Assembly (NCBI GenBank): GCA_963767595.1
Contig: CAVYEK010000021.1
Location: 33,658-97,657, forward strand
Source of the DNA: Terriglobia bacterium
GTDB lineage: Bacteria > Acidobacteriota > Terriglobia > Bryobacterales > Bryobacteraceae
DNA: 64,000 nt
Direction of reading: 5' to 3'
The translations under genes and the position numbers were made by a program. Shown piece after piece: positions 27,186-35,690 of the stretch. The number at the start of each line of letters is the position of its first letter. Positions within the stretch are counted from its first letter, which is position 1. A model generated the notes under the pieces. The model searched no databases and was not told the DNA's origin. It worked only from the letters and a program-made list of their open reading frames with translations.

Positions 27186-30100
27186 GTGACCGTTCTTTAC
27201 ATCTTGCTCGCGGTGGCGCTGGTGGCGCTGATCGTCCTGGTCGTTCTTTTCTTCGTAAAGAAGAAGAAAGCCGAGGCCGCCGCCAATCAGCCGGGCGGAC
27301 CCGCGGGTTTCGGCGAAGATGAGATTTCGCTGCTGGTGCGCGCCGCCGAAGCCAGGCTCTCCGCCGCCAAGCTCGAACAGGGCGCCAGGATCGCCAACCT
27401 GCCGGTTTATATTCTGATGGGCCAGTCCGGCAGCGCCAAGACCAGCGTCATGATTCACTCCGGTCTCGATCCCGAACTGTTGGCCGGCCAAGTCTATCGG
27501 GATGCCAGCGTCGCGCCCACCCGGGCCGCCAACCTGTGGTTCTCACGGCGCAGCGTCTTCGTCGAGGCGGGCGGCGCCTTGTTGGCGGACCCGAGCCAAT
27601 GGAACCGTTTGGTCCGCGGACTGCAGCCGCGCTCCTCCGTGGTCGGCAAAGGCGGGCAGGCGCCGCGCGCGGCGGTGGTGTGCTTTGACAGCGAGACCTT
27701 CACCCGCGCCGGCGCGCAGGAAGCCGTGGTGAACGCCGCTCGTGTTTTGCGGGCCCGTCTGGGCGAGATCTCCCAGGCGCTCGGCGCCAATCTCCCGGTC
27801 TACGTGCTGTTCACCAAGATGGACCGGCTGCCGTTCTTTGCCGAGTACGTGCGGAACCTGAGCAACGACGAGGCCACCCAGGTGCTCGGCGCGACTCTCC
27901 CCCTCCTCACCGGCCGCACGGAAGGCGTGTACGCCGAAGAGGAGACCGCGCGCCTGAGCGGCACGTTCGAGCGGCTGTTCCGATCGCTGGCGGACGCGCG
28001 GCCGGAGTTCCTGGCGCGCGAGACCGACCCCGCGAAGCTGCCCGCCACCTACGAGTTTCCGCGCGAGTTCCGCAAGATTCGCCCCGCCGTGGCGCAGTTT
28101 CTGGTGGAGTTGTGCCGGCCCAGCCAGCTAAGCGTGGGGCCTGTTCTGCGCGGATTCTACTTCACCGGCGTGCGGCCGATCCTGGTCAACGAAACCGCCC
28201 CGGTCGCCGCGGCGGCGCCGCCGCGGCAGGCCGCCTACGGACCGGCCGCCGGCGCCACCGGCATCTTTCGGGCGGGCGCCCTGGCGCCGGCCGCACATGC
28301 CGCGCCGCCGCAGGCGGGCGTCACTCGCAGGGCGCCGCAATGGCTCTTTCTCAGCCACCTGTTCGCGGATGTTCTCCTTTCCGACCGGGCCGCCATGGGC
28401 GCCAGCGGGGCCAGCGTCAGGACGAGTTTCGCGCGCCGCGTGCTGTTCCTCGCGGCCGCCGCGCTGTGCCTGGCGCTCTCCATCGCCTTTACGGTTTCGT
28501 TCTTCCATAACCGCGGCCTGGAAACACGCGTGCGCACGGCCGCGCGGGGCGCCGCGGACGCCGGCGTGGCGGGCGCAGATCTCGCGCCCCTCGACAGTCT
28601 GCGGAAACTGGAGGCGCTTCGCCAGTCGCTCGAGTCCCTGCTCCAGTACCGGCGTGAAGGCGCTCCAATGTCTTACCGCATGGGCCTGTATGTCGGCGAC
28701 GATCTCTATCCGGAAGCGTGGCGCGTTTATTTCGGCCGCTTCCGCCAGGTGCTGTTCGCGCAAACGCTGGACAGCGTCCTGCAAGGGCTGCGCGGCCTGC
28801 CCGCAACCCCGGGGCCGGAGTACGGCCCCACCTACGACGCGCTGAAGGCCTATCTGATCGCCACCTCCCGCCACGAGCACAGCACCAGCCAGTTTCTTTC
28901 GCCGGTTCTGATGAAGTGGTGGGCCAATGGCCGCGCCATCGATCCGGAACGCCAGCAGCTCGCCCAGAAGCAATTCGATTTCTACTCCGGCGTACTCAAG
29001 GAAGAGAATCCGTACTCGGAAGCGAACGACGCCGGCTCGATCGAGAAAGCGCGCCGATATCTGACCCAGTTCGCCGGGGCCGAGCGGGTCTACGCTTTCA
29101 TGCTGTCCGAAACCGGTAAGCGCGTCCCGTCCATCGACTTCAATCGCCAGTTCGCCGGCTCGGCCCAAGTGGTGTTGGAGACGTACGAAGTGCCCGGCGC
29201 GTTTTCCAAGGGCGGCTGGGCTCTGATGAAAGACGCCATCCAGCACGCCGACCGGTACTTCAGCGGCGAGCAGTGGGTCCTCGGCGACCAGGCTTCCGCC
29301 AACATCGATCGCGCCAAGCTGGAGCAGGATCTGCGCGCCCGCTACAACGCCGATTTCGTGCAGCGCTGGCGGACCTACATCAAGTCGGCCTCGGTGGTCC
29401 GCTACGCCGGTCTGGCGGACGCTTCCCGGAAGTTGATCCAACTTTCCGGCAACCAGTCGCCGCTGCTGGAGCTGTTGGCGCTGGCATCGCAGAACACGGC
29501 GGTGGACGATCCGGATGTGGCGTCGGTGTTTCAGCCGGTACAGACCGTGGTCCCGCCGGGGAGCACGGACCGGTACATTCTGCCGCCCAACCAGAACTAT
29601 GTCAACGCGCTGGTCACGCTGCAGGCCTCTCTCGAAGCGATTGCCGGCCAGGGTGGAACCCCCGCCGATGCGGCGGCGGCTCCGGTGCTGGCCAACGCCG
29701 TTCAGGCCAAGATCACCACGCGCCAGATGGCACAGTCCTTCCGCATCGATTCCGAAGGCCACATCGAGGGTCAAGTGCAGAAGCTGCTGGAAGATCCCAT
29801 CGTCTACGTGGAAGGCATGCTGCGCGCGCTCGGCCCGGCGGAGTTGAATGCCAAGGGTAAGGCGCTGTGTGGACAGTTCCGCCCGGTGTTGGCCAAGTAT
29901 CCGTTCAACCCCAACGCCACCGTGGAAGCCACCGTGGTGGACGTCAATGGCCTCCTGCGCAAGCCCGATGGGGCCCTCTGGAGTTTCTACGACCAGAACC
30001 TGCAGAAGCTGCTGGTCAAACAGGGATCGCAGTTTGCGATCGGTCCCGCGGGGGGCGTGAACCCGGCTTTCCTCACCTTCTTCAACGCCGCCGCGGCGTT

Positions 30101-30557
30101 ATCCGACGCGATCTACGCCGGCGGCGCGCAGGACCCGCACTTCGTTTACACGCTCAAGGCGGAACCTTCGGAGGGCATTCAGACGGTGAACCTGGAGGTT
30201 GACGGGCAGAGGCTCAGCTACTCGGGCGGCGCGGCCACGCCCAAGCAGTTCAATTGGCAGGGAGGCGGAGCGCACGGCGCCAAGGCTTCGGTCAAGTTCG
30301 GCGGTCCGGAAATCACATTCTCGGAGCACGAGGGCATCTGGGCGGTGTTCCACTTCTTCAACAAGGCCGACCGTTGGACTCCCGCCGGCGCCGGCCAATC
30401 CCTCGAATGGATCATCCGCGCCGGAAAGGATCCGATGAAGCTGCCCAACGGAAAACCTCTCACCGTCCACTTCGAACTCGACATGGGCGGCGCGCCGGCG
30501 GTCTTCCAAACCGGTTATTTCTCGCGCCTCGCCTGCGTGGCGGACGTTGGGCGGTAG
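27186..30557 (+). CDS. tssM: T6SS membrane-complex protein TssM (IcmF family)
   Basis: 1123 aa. N-terminal TM, Walker A 'LMGQSGSAKTS', a second TM pair near residue 400 and a large IcmF-like C-terminal domain. GTG start with AGGAGG upstream. Confidence 0.95.
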   Translation: MTVLYILLAVALVALIVLVVLFFVKKKKAEAAANQPGGPAGFGEDEISLLVRAAEARLSAAKLEQGARIANLPVYILMGQSGSAKTSVMIHSGLDPELLAGQVYRDASVAPTRAANLWFSRRSVFVEAGGALLADPSQWNRLVRGLQPRSSVVGKGGQAPRAAVVCFDSETFTRAGAQEAVVNAARVLRARLGEISQALGANLPVYVLFTKMDRLPFFAEYVRNLSNDEATQVLGATLPLLTGRTEGVYAEEETARLSGTFERLFRSLADARPEFLARETDPAKLPATYEFPREFRKIRPAVAQFLVELCRPSQLSVGPVLRGFYFTGVRPILVNETAPVAAAAPPRQAAYGPAAGATGIFRAGALAPAAHAAPPQAGVTRRAPQWLFLSHLFADVLLSDRAAMGASGASVRTSFARRVLFLAAAALCLALSIAFTVSFFHNRGLETRVRTAARGAADAGVAGADLAPLDSLRKLEALRQSLESLLQYRREGAPMSYRMGLYVGDDLYPEAWRVYFGRFRQVLFAQTLDSVLQGLRGLPATPGPEYGPTYDALKAYLIATSRHEHSTSQFLSPVLMKWWANGRAIDPERQQLAQKQFDFYSGVLKEENPYSEANDAGSIEKARRYLTQFAGAERVYAFMLSETGKRVPSIDFNRQFAGSAQVVLETYEVPGAFSKGGWALMKDAIQHADRYFSGEQWVLGDQASANIDRAKLEQDLRARYNADFVQRWRTYIKSASVVRYAGLADASRKLIQLSGNQSPLLELLALASQNTAVDDPDVASVFQPVQTVVPPGSTDRYILPPNQNYVNALVTLQASLEAIAGQGGTPADAAAAPVLANAVQAKITTRQMAQSFRIDSEGHIEGQVQKLLEDPIVYVEGMLRALGPAELNAKGKALCGQFRPVLAKYPFNPNATVEATVVDVNGLLRKPDGALWSFYDQNLQKLLVKQGSQFAIGPAGGVNPAFLTFFNAAAALSDAIYAGGAQDPHFVYTLKAEPSEGIQTVNLEVDGQRLSYSGGAATPKQFNWQGGGAHGAKASVKFGGPEITFSEHEGIWAVFHFFNKADRWTPAGAGQSLEWIIRAGKDPMKLPNGKPLTVHFELDMGGAPAVFQTGYFSRLACVADVGR

Positions 30558-30603
30558 CGTGGGGCGGGATGACATCCTGCGGCGGGCCGACAACCTACCC
30601 GGA

Positions 30604-30640
30604 GCGCCGGCTTCCAACCGGCGCGCAGCTTGACAAGCTG
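30604..30640. terminator. two adjacent GC hairpins in the tssM/kinase convergent gap (possible bidirectional terminator, no U-tract)
   Basis: gcgccgg-cttccaa-ccggcgc (30604-30624) and cagctt-gac-aagctg (30626-30640). Confidence 0.3.
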
Positions 30641-30671
30641 CCCCACAATCGCGCGGTTCCGCACCGTCGGG

Positions 30672-32318
30672 CTAGTTGCCCAGAAAACCCTCCAGCTTCG
30701 AAACCTCGCGCTCGGCGAGGTCGAGATTCCGCTTGGCCGCCTGTGCGTCGCCATTCTTGAGAGCCGCCTTGGTCTCGTCGAGGTAGTTCTCCATCCGCTG
30801 CGCCGAGGCGGCCATGTCGGCTCGCAGCCCAAGTCCCGAACGGGCCTGCTGGCTGCGCAGGTTATCCAGGCTGGTCTTGACGGTTCGGGCGCGCACATCG
30901 AGAAGCGCGAACTGCTCCCGGGCTTCTCTCAACTGCGCACTTTGTGTTGCCGCCGCCCCGGCCGCCGCGGCGGACGGCCGCGAAGCCTGCACGGGAGCCG
31001 CCTCGGTGGACTGTGAAACAGGCTGTTGCGCGGGCGGCGGGAACTGCTCAGCGGGCGGCGGAGCCACCGGCTGAGAGGAGTTTCGCGGAATTCCACGACG
31101 CGGCGACTGAGCGGCCACCGAAGGCCTCGCCGCGGCGGGGTTCCCGGCGGGCGCGGGCGCGGGCGCGGGCGCCGCGGGAGTCTCGCTCGCCGGCTCCGCG
31201 GCCGCGGGGCTCGAGGCCGGTGGCTGCGCAACCACCGCCGGCGCCGCCGTGGGCGGAACGCCCTCCGCGGTAGCATGGCGAAACTTCGGGATCTGCATCG
31301 CCACCACCACCAGCACGCCGAGGGTCACCAGCGATCCCAGCGCGATCCAAAGACCACGGTGGCTGCTCGCCGCCGGAGGAGGCGGAGGAGCAGCCACGGG
31401 TGCTGCCACGGGAACTGCCTCGGGAGCCTGCGCCGGGGCGGCCATCGGGGCTGTTTGTGAGACGGGAGCGGGAGGAGGCGCAACGGCCGCCTGCCCCGGC
31501 TTGCTCACCGAGAGCAACGCGGAACGCATCGCATCCGCCGTCTGGAACCGCTTCGCGGGATCCTTTTCGAGGGAGAGCAGAATGATCTCGCTCAGCGCCG
31601 GTGGCAGGTTCGGCGCGACCTGAATCGGCGGCGGCGGGTTGGCCTGCAGGTGCGCCGACATGATGGAGTACTCGCTATCTCCCTGGAACGGCCGCGCGCC
31701 GGTGCACACTTCGTAAAGCGAAACGCCCAGCGAATACAGGTCCGAGCGCGCGTCGAGATCCAGACCGCCCTTGATCTGCTCGGGCGACATGTAGTACAAA
31801 GACCCCACCGTCTGCCCGGTCTGCGTCAGCTTGCGGTCCTGTTGCATCCTGGCGATGCCGAAGTCCATCAGTTTCACGACGCCGTCAGCCGTGATCATCA
31901 TGTTCGCCGGCTTGAGGTCGCGATGGATTACGCCGCGAGCGTGGGCGTAAGAAAGCGCCGAAAGCACCTGCGTCATGTAGTCCACGGCCTGGCCGATCGG
32001 AATCGGGCCGGCCGCCATCAGGTTCTCCAGCGTGACGCCTTCGACGAACTCCATCAGCATCAGCAGTTGATTCTCGATTCGGAGCGCCGTGTGCAACACC
32101 GCGATATTGGGGTGATCGAGACTGGCCTGCACCTTGATCTCCCGCATGAAGCGGTTGGCGAGATCGGGATCGCCGTCCAGATCCGGAAGCAGCACCTTCA
32201 TCGCTTCGACACGTTCGGAAATGACATTCCGGACCTTGTAGACGCGACCCATGCCGCCGGCGCCGAGAATCTGTAGAACCTCGTAATCGCCGACGCGCGA
32301 ACCTACTTCGTAGTTCAT
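30672..32318 (-). CDS. membrane Hanks-type Ser/Thr protein kinase (PpkA-like position next to tssM)
   Basis: 548 aa. 'LGAGGMGRVYKV', 'VEAMKVL', 'HRDLKPANMM', 'DFGIARM' and 'GSLYYMSPEQ' are all intact. Pro/Ala linker, one TM ('LWIALGSLVTLGVLVVVAM'), a second Pro-rich linker and a ~110-aa helical extracytoplasmic C-terminus. Confidence 0.9.
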   Translation of the reverse strand: MNYEVGSRVGDYEVLQILGAGGMGRVYKVRNVISERVEAMKVLLPDLDGDPDLANRFMREIKVQASLDHPNIAVLHTALRIENQLLMLMEFVEGVTLENLMAAGPIPIGQAVDYMTQVLSALSYAHARGVIHRDLKPANMMITADGVVKLMDFGIARMQQDRKLTQTGQTVGSLYYMSPEQIKGGLDLDARSDLYSLGVSLYEVCTGARPFQGDSEYSIMSAHLQANPPPPIQVAPNLPPALSEIILLSLEKDPAKRFQTADAMRSALLSVSKPGQAAVAPPPAPVSQTAPMAAPAQAPEAVPVAAPVAAPPPPPAASSHRGLWIALGSLVTLGVLVVVAMQIPKFRHATAEGVPPTAAPAVVAQPPASSPAAAEPASETPAAPAPAPAPAGNPAAARPSVAAQSPRRGIPRNSSQPVAPPPAEQFPPPAQQPVSQSTEAAPVQASRPSAAAAGAAATQSAQLREAREQFALLDVRARTVKTSLDNLRSQQARSGLGLRADMAASAQRMENYLDETKAALKNGDAQAAKRNLDLAEREVSKLEGFLGN

Positions 32319-32534
32319 GAGAAGCTCCTCTCAGTCGACTCCCGCCTTGCTCCCAACCCCGAGCTCCCGCCCCAATTCATTATAGTTTGCGATTACAGGT
32401 TGCGATACGCCCATTTCCCCTTCCGCGGCAGGCCGGCGCAAGGGGAGTGGCCAGCCGAGACTTCCTCCGCCCGGCGGCCGCCACTTCAGCCGCTTGCCCG
32501 GACGGGCGACCGAGACAGCAGCTATACTGATCCG

Positions 32535-34427
32535 GTGCCGGAACCCCTCACCGTCGAAGAAGCCGTGGCTCTGGCGCGGGACTTGGCGCGGTCGGGCGAC
32601 CCGGCCAATGCCGCCCAAATCTGCATCAAGGTTCTGCAGGCTGTGCCGGACCAGCCGCGGGCGCTGCACTTGCTTGGCATGACCGCTTTCCAGCAGGGCC
32701 GGACGGACGAGGCGGCGGAGTTGCTTCAGAGGGCCGTCCACTCCGATCCGCACTTCGCGGTGGCGGCGAACGACCTCGGCAATCTGCTGGCGCTGCGGGG
32801 TATGCTCGCCGAAGCGGCCGCCAGCTACCGCCAGGCGATCGCGGAGACGCCGGACTTCGCCGAGGCGCATAACAATCTTGGCAATCTACTGCAGATGGCG
32901 GGCTCCCTCGATGAAGCGGTGGCCCACTATCGCGCCGCGGCGGGCCTGCGGCTGGGTTACGCCGAGGCGTTCCGGAACCTGGGCAGCGCCTTGCGCCGGC
33001 TTGGCAGGCCGGACGAGGCCGCCACGGCGTTCCGTACGGCGCTGGCGATCGACCCGCGGTTCACCGCGGCGATTCCCCCATTGGCGCACCTGTTGCAAGA
33101 GCTTTGCGATTGGACCCAGTTGGACGATCTAACGGCGGAACTGGTCGAAATCGTCGAGACGGAGTGTGCGGCGGTGAATCCGTTCGTGTTTCTGAGCCTC
33201 GATACGACGCCACGCCAGCAGTTGCTGTGCGCGAAACGCTGGGCGGCCGAACACCTGGGCGCCGCACGGGAACGGCCCCCAACGTCCAAGGGCGGGGACC
33301 GCATTACGATCGGTTACCTGTCCGCGGACTTTCAGGAACACGCAACCGCGCGCCTGATCGCGGAACTGTTCCAGTTGCACGATCGCGGGCGATTTCGGGT
33401 GATCGGGTATTCCTATGGGCGGGACGATGGCGGCGCGGCCCGCCGGCGCTTGAGGGAATCGTTCGACGAGTTCGTGGATCTGCTCGATTGTTCGCACGCG
33501 GAATCCGCCGCCAGGATCCGGGCGGACGGCGTGGACATCCTGGTGGACCTGAAGGGTTACACCACCGATGCGCGGCCGGAGATACTCCATCTCCGGCCGG
33601 CGCCGGTGCAGGTGAACTACCTCGGCTATCCCGGCACGATGGGGAGCGATGCGGTGGACTTCGTGCTGGTGGATCCGGTGGTCGTTCCGGCGGACGAGCA
33701 GCCGTACTTTACCGAACGGCTGGTGCACCTTCCGGATTGCTACCAGGTGAACGACCGCCAGCGGCCGATCGCGCCGCCCATCCCGGCGCGGACGGACTAC
33801 GGACTGCCCGAAACGGGGTTCGTGTTCTGCTGCTTCAGCGCCACATACAAGATCACGGCGGCGATATTCGATGTATGGATGCGGCTCCTCGCGGCTGTGC
33901 CGGGAAGCGTGTTGTGGTTGATCGAGCCGCACGCGACGGCGGCGGCGAACCTGCGGCGCGAGGCGGAATCGAGGCTCGCTGGAGGGGCCGCGCGGCTGGT
34001 GTTCGCGCCCTGGCTGCCGAACCCGGAACACCTAGCCCGTCTGGGGTTCGCCGATCTGTTTCTCGACACCCTTCCTTACGGCGCGCATACGCTCGCGAGC
34101 GATGCGCTTTGGGGCGGATGCCCGGTAATCGCATGCTCGGGCCGGGCATTCCCGGGACGCGTGGCGGGGAGCCTGCTGCGAGCCGTCGGACTGCCGGAAC
34201 TGGTTACTCGATCGCTGGCGGACTACGAGGCCCTGGCGTTGCGGCTTGCGCTTGATCCGGACCGCTTGCGCGCGATCCGCCGAAAGCTGCAAGCGAACCG
34301 GCTTACGACGGCTCTGTTCGACAGCCGGCGGTTCACGCGTCACTTGGAATCCGCCTTCGAGACGATGTGGCGCATGCATCTGGCCGGGGAACCGCCGCGG
34401 TCTTTCGCCGTGGATCCGATCGACTGA
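32535..34427 (+). CDS. TPR-repeat protein fused to a GT41 (O-GlcNAc transferase/SPINDLY-like) glycosyltransferase domain
   Basis: TPR repeats ('AEAHNNLGNLLQMAGSLDEAVAHYRAA', etc.) followed by 'ITIGYLSADFQEHATARL...VQVNYLGYPGTMG...FCCFSATYKI...DTLPYGAHTLASDALWGGCPV'. The longest ORF starts at 32400; GTG 32535 is my best guess. Confidence 0.8.
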   Translation: MPEPLTVEEAVALARDLARSGDPANAAQICIKVLQAVPDQPRALHLLGMTAFQQGRTDEAAELLQRAVHSDPHFAVAANDLGNLLALRGMLAEAAASYRQAIAETPDFAEAHNNLGNLLQMAGSLDEAVAHYRAAAGLRLGYAEAFRNLGSALRRLGRPDEAATAFRTALAIDPRFTAAIPPLAHLLQELCDWTQLDDLTAELVEIVETECAAVNPFVFLSLDTTPRQQLLCAKRWAAEHLGAARERPPTSKGGDRITIGYLSADFQEHATARLIAELFQLHDRGRFRVIGYSYGRDDGGAARRRLRESFDEFVDLLDCSHAESAARIRADGVDILVDLKGYTTDARPEILHLRPAPVQVNYLGYPGTMGSDAVDFVLVDPVVVPADEQPYFTERLVHLPDCYQVNDRQRPIAPPIPARTDYGLPETGFVFCCFSATYKITAAIFDVWMRLLAAVPGSVLWLIEPHATAAANLRREAESRLAGGAARLVFAPWLPNPEHLARLGFADLFLDTLPYGAHTLASDALWGGCPVIACSGRAFPGRVAGSLLRAVGLPELVTRSLADYEALALRLALDPDRLRAIRRKLQANRLTTALFDSRRFTRHLESAFETMWRMHLAGEPPRSFAVDPID

Positions 34428-34515
34428 GCGCGCTCCCGCCACGCACGATTCCCCAGCCAGCCTGCCGCCGTCTGCCACTCGTCGCACAGGATCACCGGGA
34501 CTTCGGCGCGAAGCG

Positions 34516-35538
34516 CTACTGGATGCTTGCCAGGGCTTTGATTTCGCGGGCGGCCAGTTCTTTGGGGAGCGGCGCGTATTGCAGTGGGGCGGCCAGGCTC
34601 TGCCCGTCGGTGAGGGCCCAACGCAGAAACGCCACCAGGGCTTTGCGCGCCGCGGAATTCGGACCTTTATTGGGAACCAGAAACCAGGTGAAGGTGGAAA
34701 TCGGGTAGGCCCGCGGGCCGGGAGCATCGGTGATGGAGACGCGGAAGTGGTCGGGGATGCTGGCGCCGAAGCCGGCGGCGGCGGCGGCCACGCTGGCCAG
34801 ATCGGCGCGCACAAAGACTCCGGAGGCATTGCGGACACTGCCGAAGGGGATTCCATTTAGTTTGGCGTAAGTCAATTCGACGTAGCCGATGGCGTACGGA
34901 GTCTGTTTGACCAGCGCGGCCACGCCGTCATTGCCCTTGGCGGCGGCGCCGACGGGCCACGCAACGGTCGTGCCTTTGCCGATGCGTTTGTTCCATTCCG
35001 GATTGACCTTGGAAAGATAGTCGGTCCAACAGAAGCTGGTGCCGCTGCCTTCGGCGCGGTGGATCACGGCGATGTTATTCGAGGGGAGCTTGACGCCGGG
35101 ATTGTTCCTGGCAATAGCGGGGTCGTCCCACTTGCGAATGGAGCCTAGGAAAATGCCGCTGAGCGCCTCGGCAGTGAACTTGAGGTTATCGGGCACGCCC
35201 GGGATGTTGTAGGCCGGGACGGCCGCCCCCAGAACCATGGGGAAATGCAGCACCGTGGTTTTCAATTTGGCGGACGCTTCGGCCATCTGCTCATCGGTGA
35301 GGGGCATGTCGGAGGCGCCGAAATCGACCGCGCCATCCAGTAGTTGCGTCACGCCGGCGCCGGAACCGACCGAGCGGTAGTTGATTTCGACGCCGCGATG
35401 GGCGGACTGAAATGCATCGAACCACTGTCCATAGAGGGGGTAAGGAAAAGTGGCTCCGGCGCCGTTGATGGTCTGGGCCGGCGCGGAGCCTGCCAGCAGC
35501 AAGCAAGCGAAGGCACAGGTCAGGATACGACTCAGCAT
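34516..35538 (-). CDS. pstS: phosphate ABC transporter substrate-binding protein PstS (orphan; no pstCAB adjacent)
   Basis: Signal peptide 'MLSRILTCAFACLLLAGSAPAQ', then 'INGAGATFPYPLYGQW...YRSVGSGAGV'. ATG 35538 confirmed, with an AAGGAG RBS. The longest ORF (to 35694) is a spurious extension. Confidence 0.9.
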   Translation of the reverse strand: MLSRILTCAFACLLLAGSAPAQTINGAGATFPYPLYGQWFDAFQSAHRGVEINYRSVGSGAGVTQLLDGAVDFGASDMPLTDEQMAEASAKLKTTVLHFPMVLGAAVPAYNIPGVPDNLKFTAEALSGIFLGSIRKWDDPAIARNNPGVKLPSNNIAVIHRAEGSGTSFCWTDYLSKVNPEWNKRIGKGTTVAWPVGAAAKGNDGVAALVKQTPYAIGYVELTYAKLNGIPFGSVRNASGVFVRADLASVAAAAAGFGASIPDHFRVSITDAPGPRAYPISTFTWFLVPNKGPNSAARKALVAFLRWALTDGQSLAAPLQYAPLPKELAAREIKALASIQ

Positions 35539-35608
35539 GATGCAATCTCCTTTCGATTCAGAGTGGGAAACCCGAAAACACCTTCGGCGCATGGCCGACG
35601 GCGGGCCT

Positions 35609-35660
35609 ATATTTACTATGCGCGGCGGGTATTGCAATAACATGACGGGAAGATTGCAAT
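35609..35660 (-). promoter_or_regulatory. candidate pstS promoter/operator: two ATTGCAAT palindromes 22 bp apart, the proximal one overlapping a -35-like TTGCAA
   Basis: ATTGCAAT at 35631-35638 and 35653-35660. On the minus strand, TTGCAA is followed 16-17 nt later by TAAATAT. Confidence 0.35.
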
Positions 35661-35690
35661 TCGATGAGTTGGCCAGCGCCCCGAACCGTG

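Noticed and set aside
25127-29774. Minus-strand ORFs 25127..26344 and 28128..29774
   Set aside because: They are antisense shadows of tssK2 and tssM.
35539-35690. Canonical Pho box upstream of pstS
   Set aside because: No pair of CTGTCAT-like direct repeats at 11-bp spacing could be found. Only the ATTGCAAT palindromes are reported.
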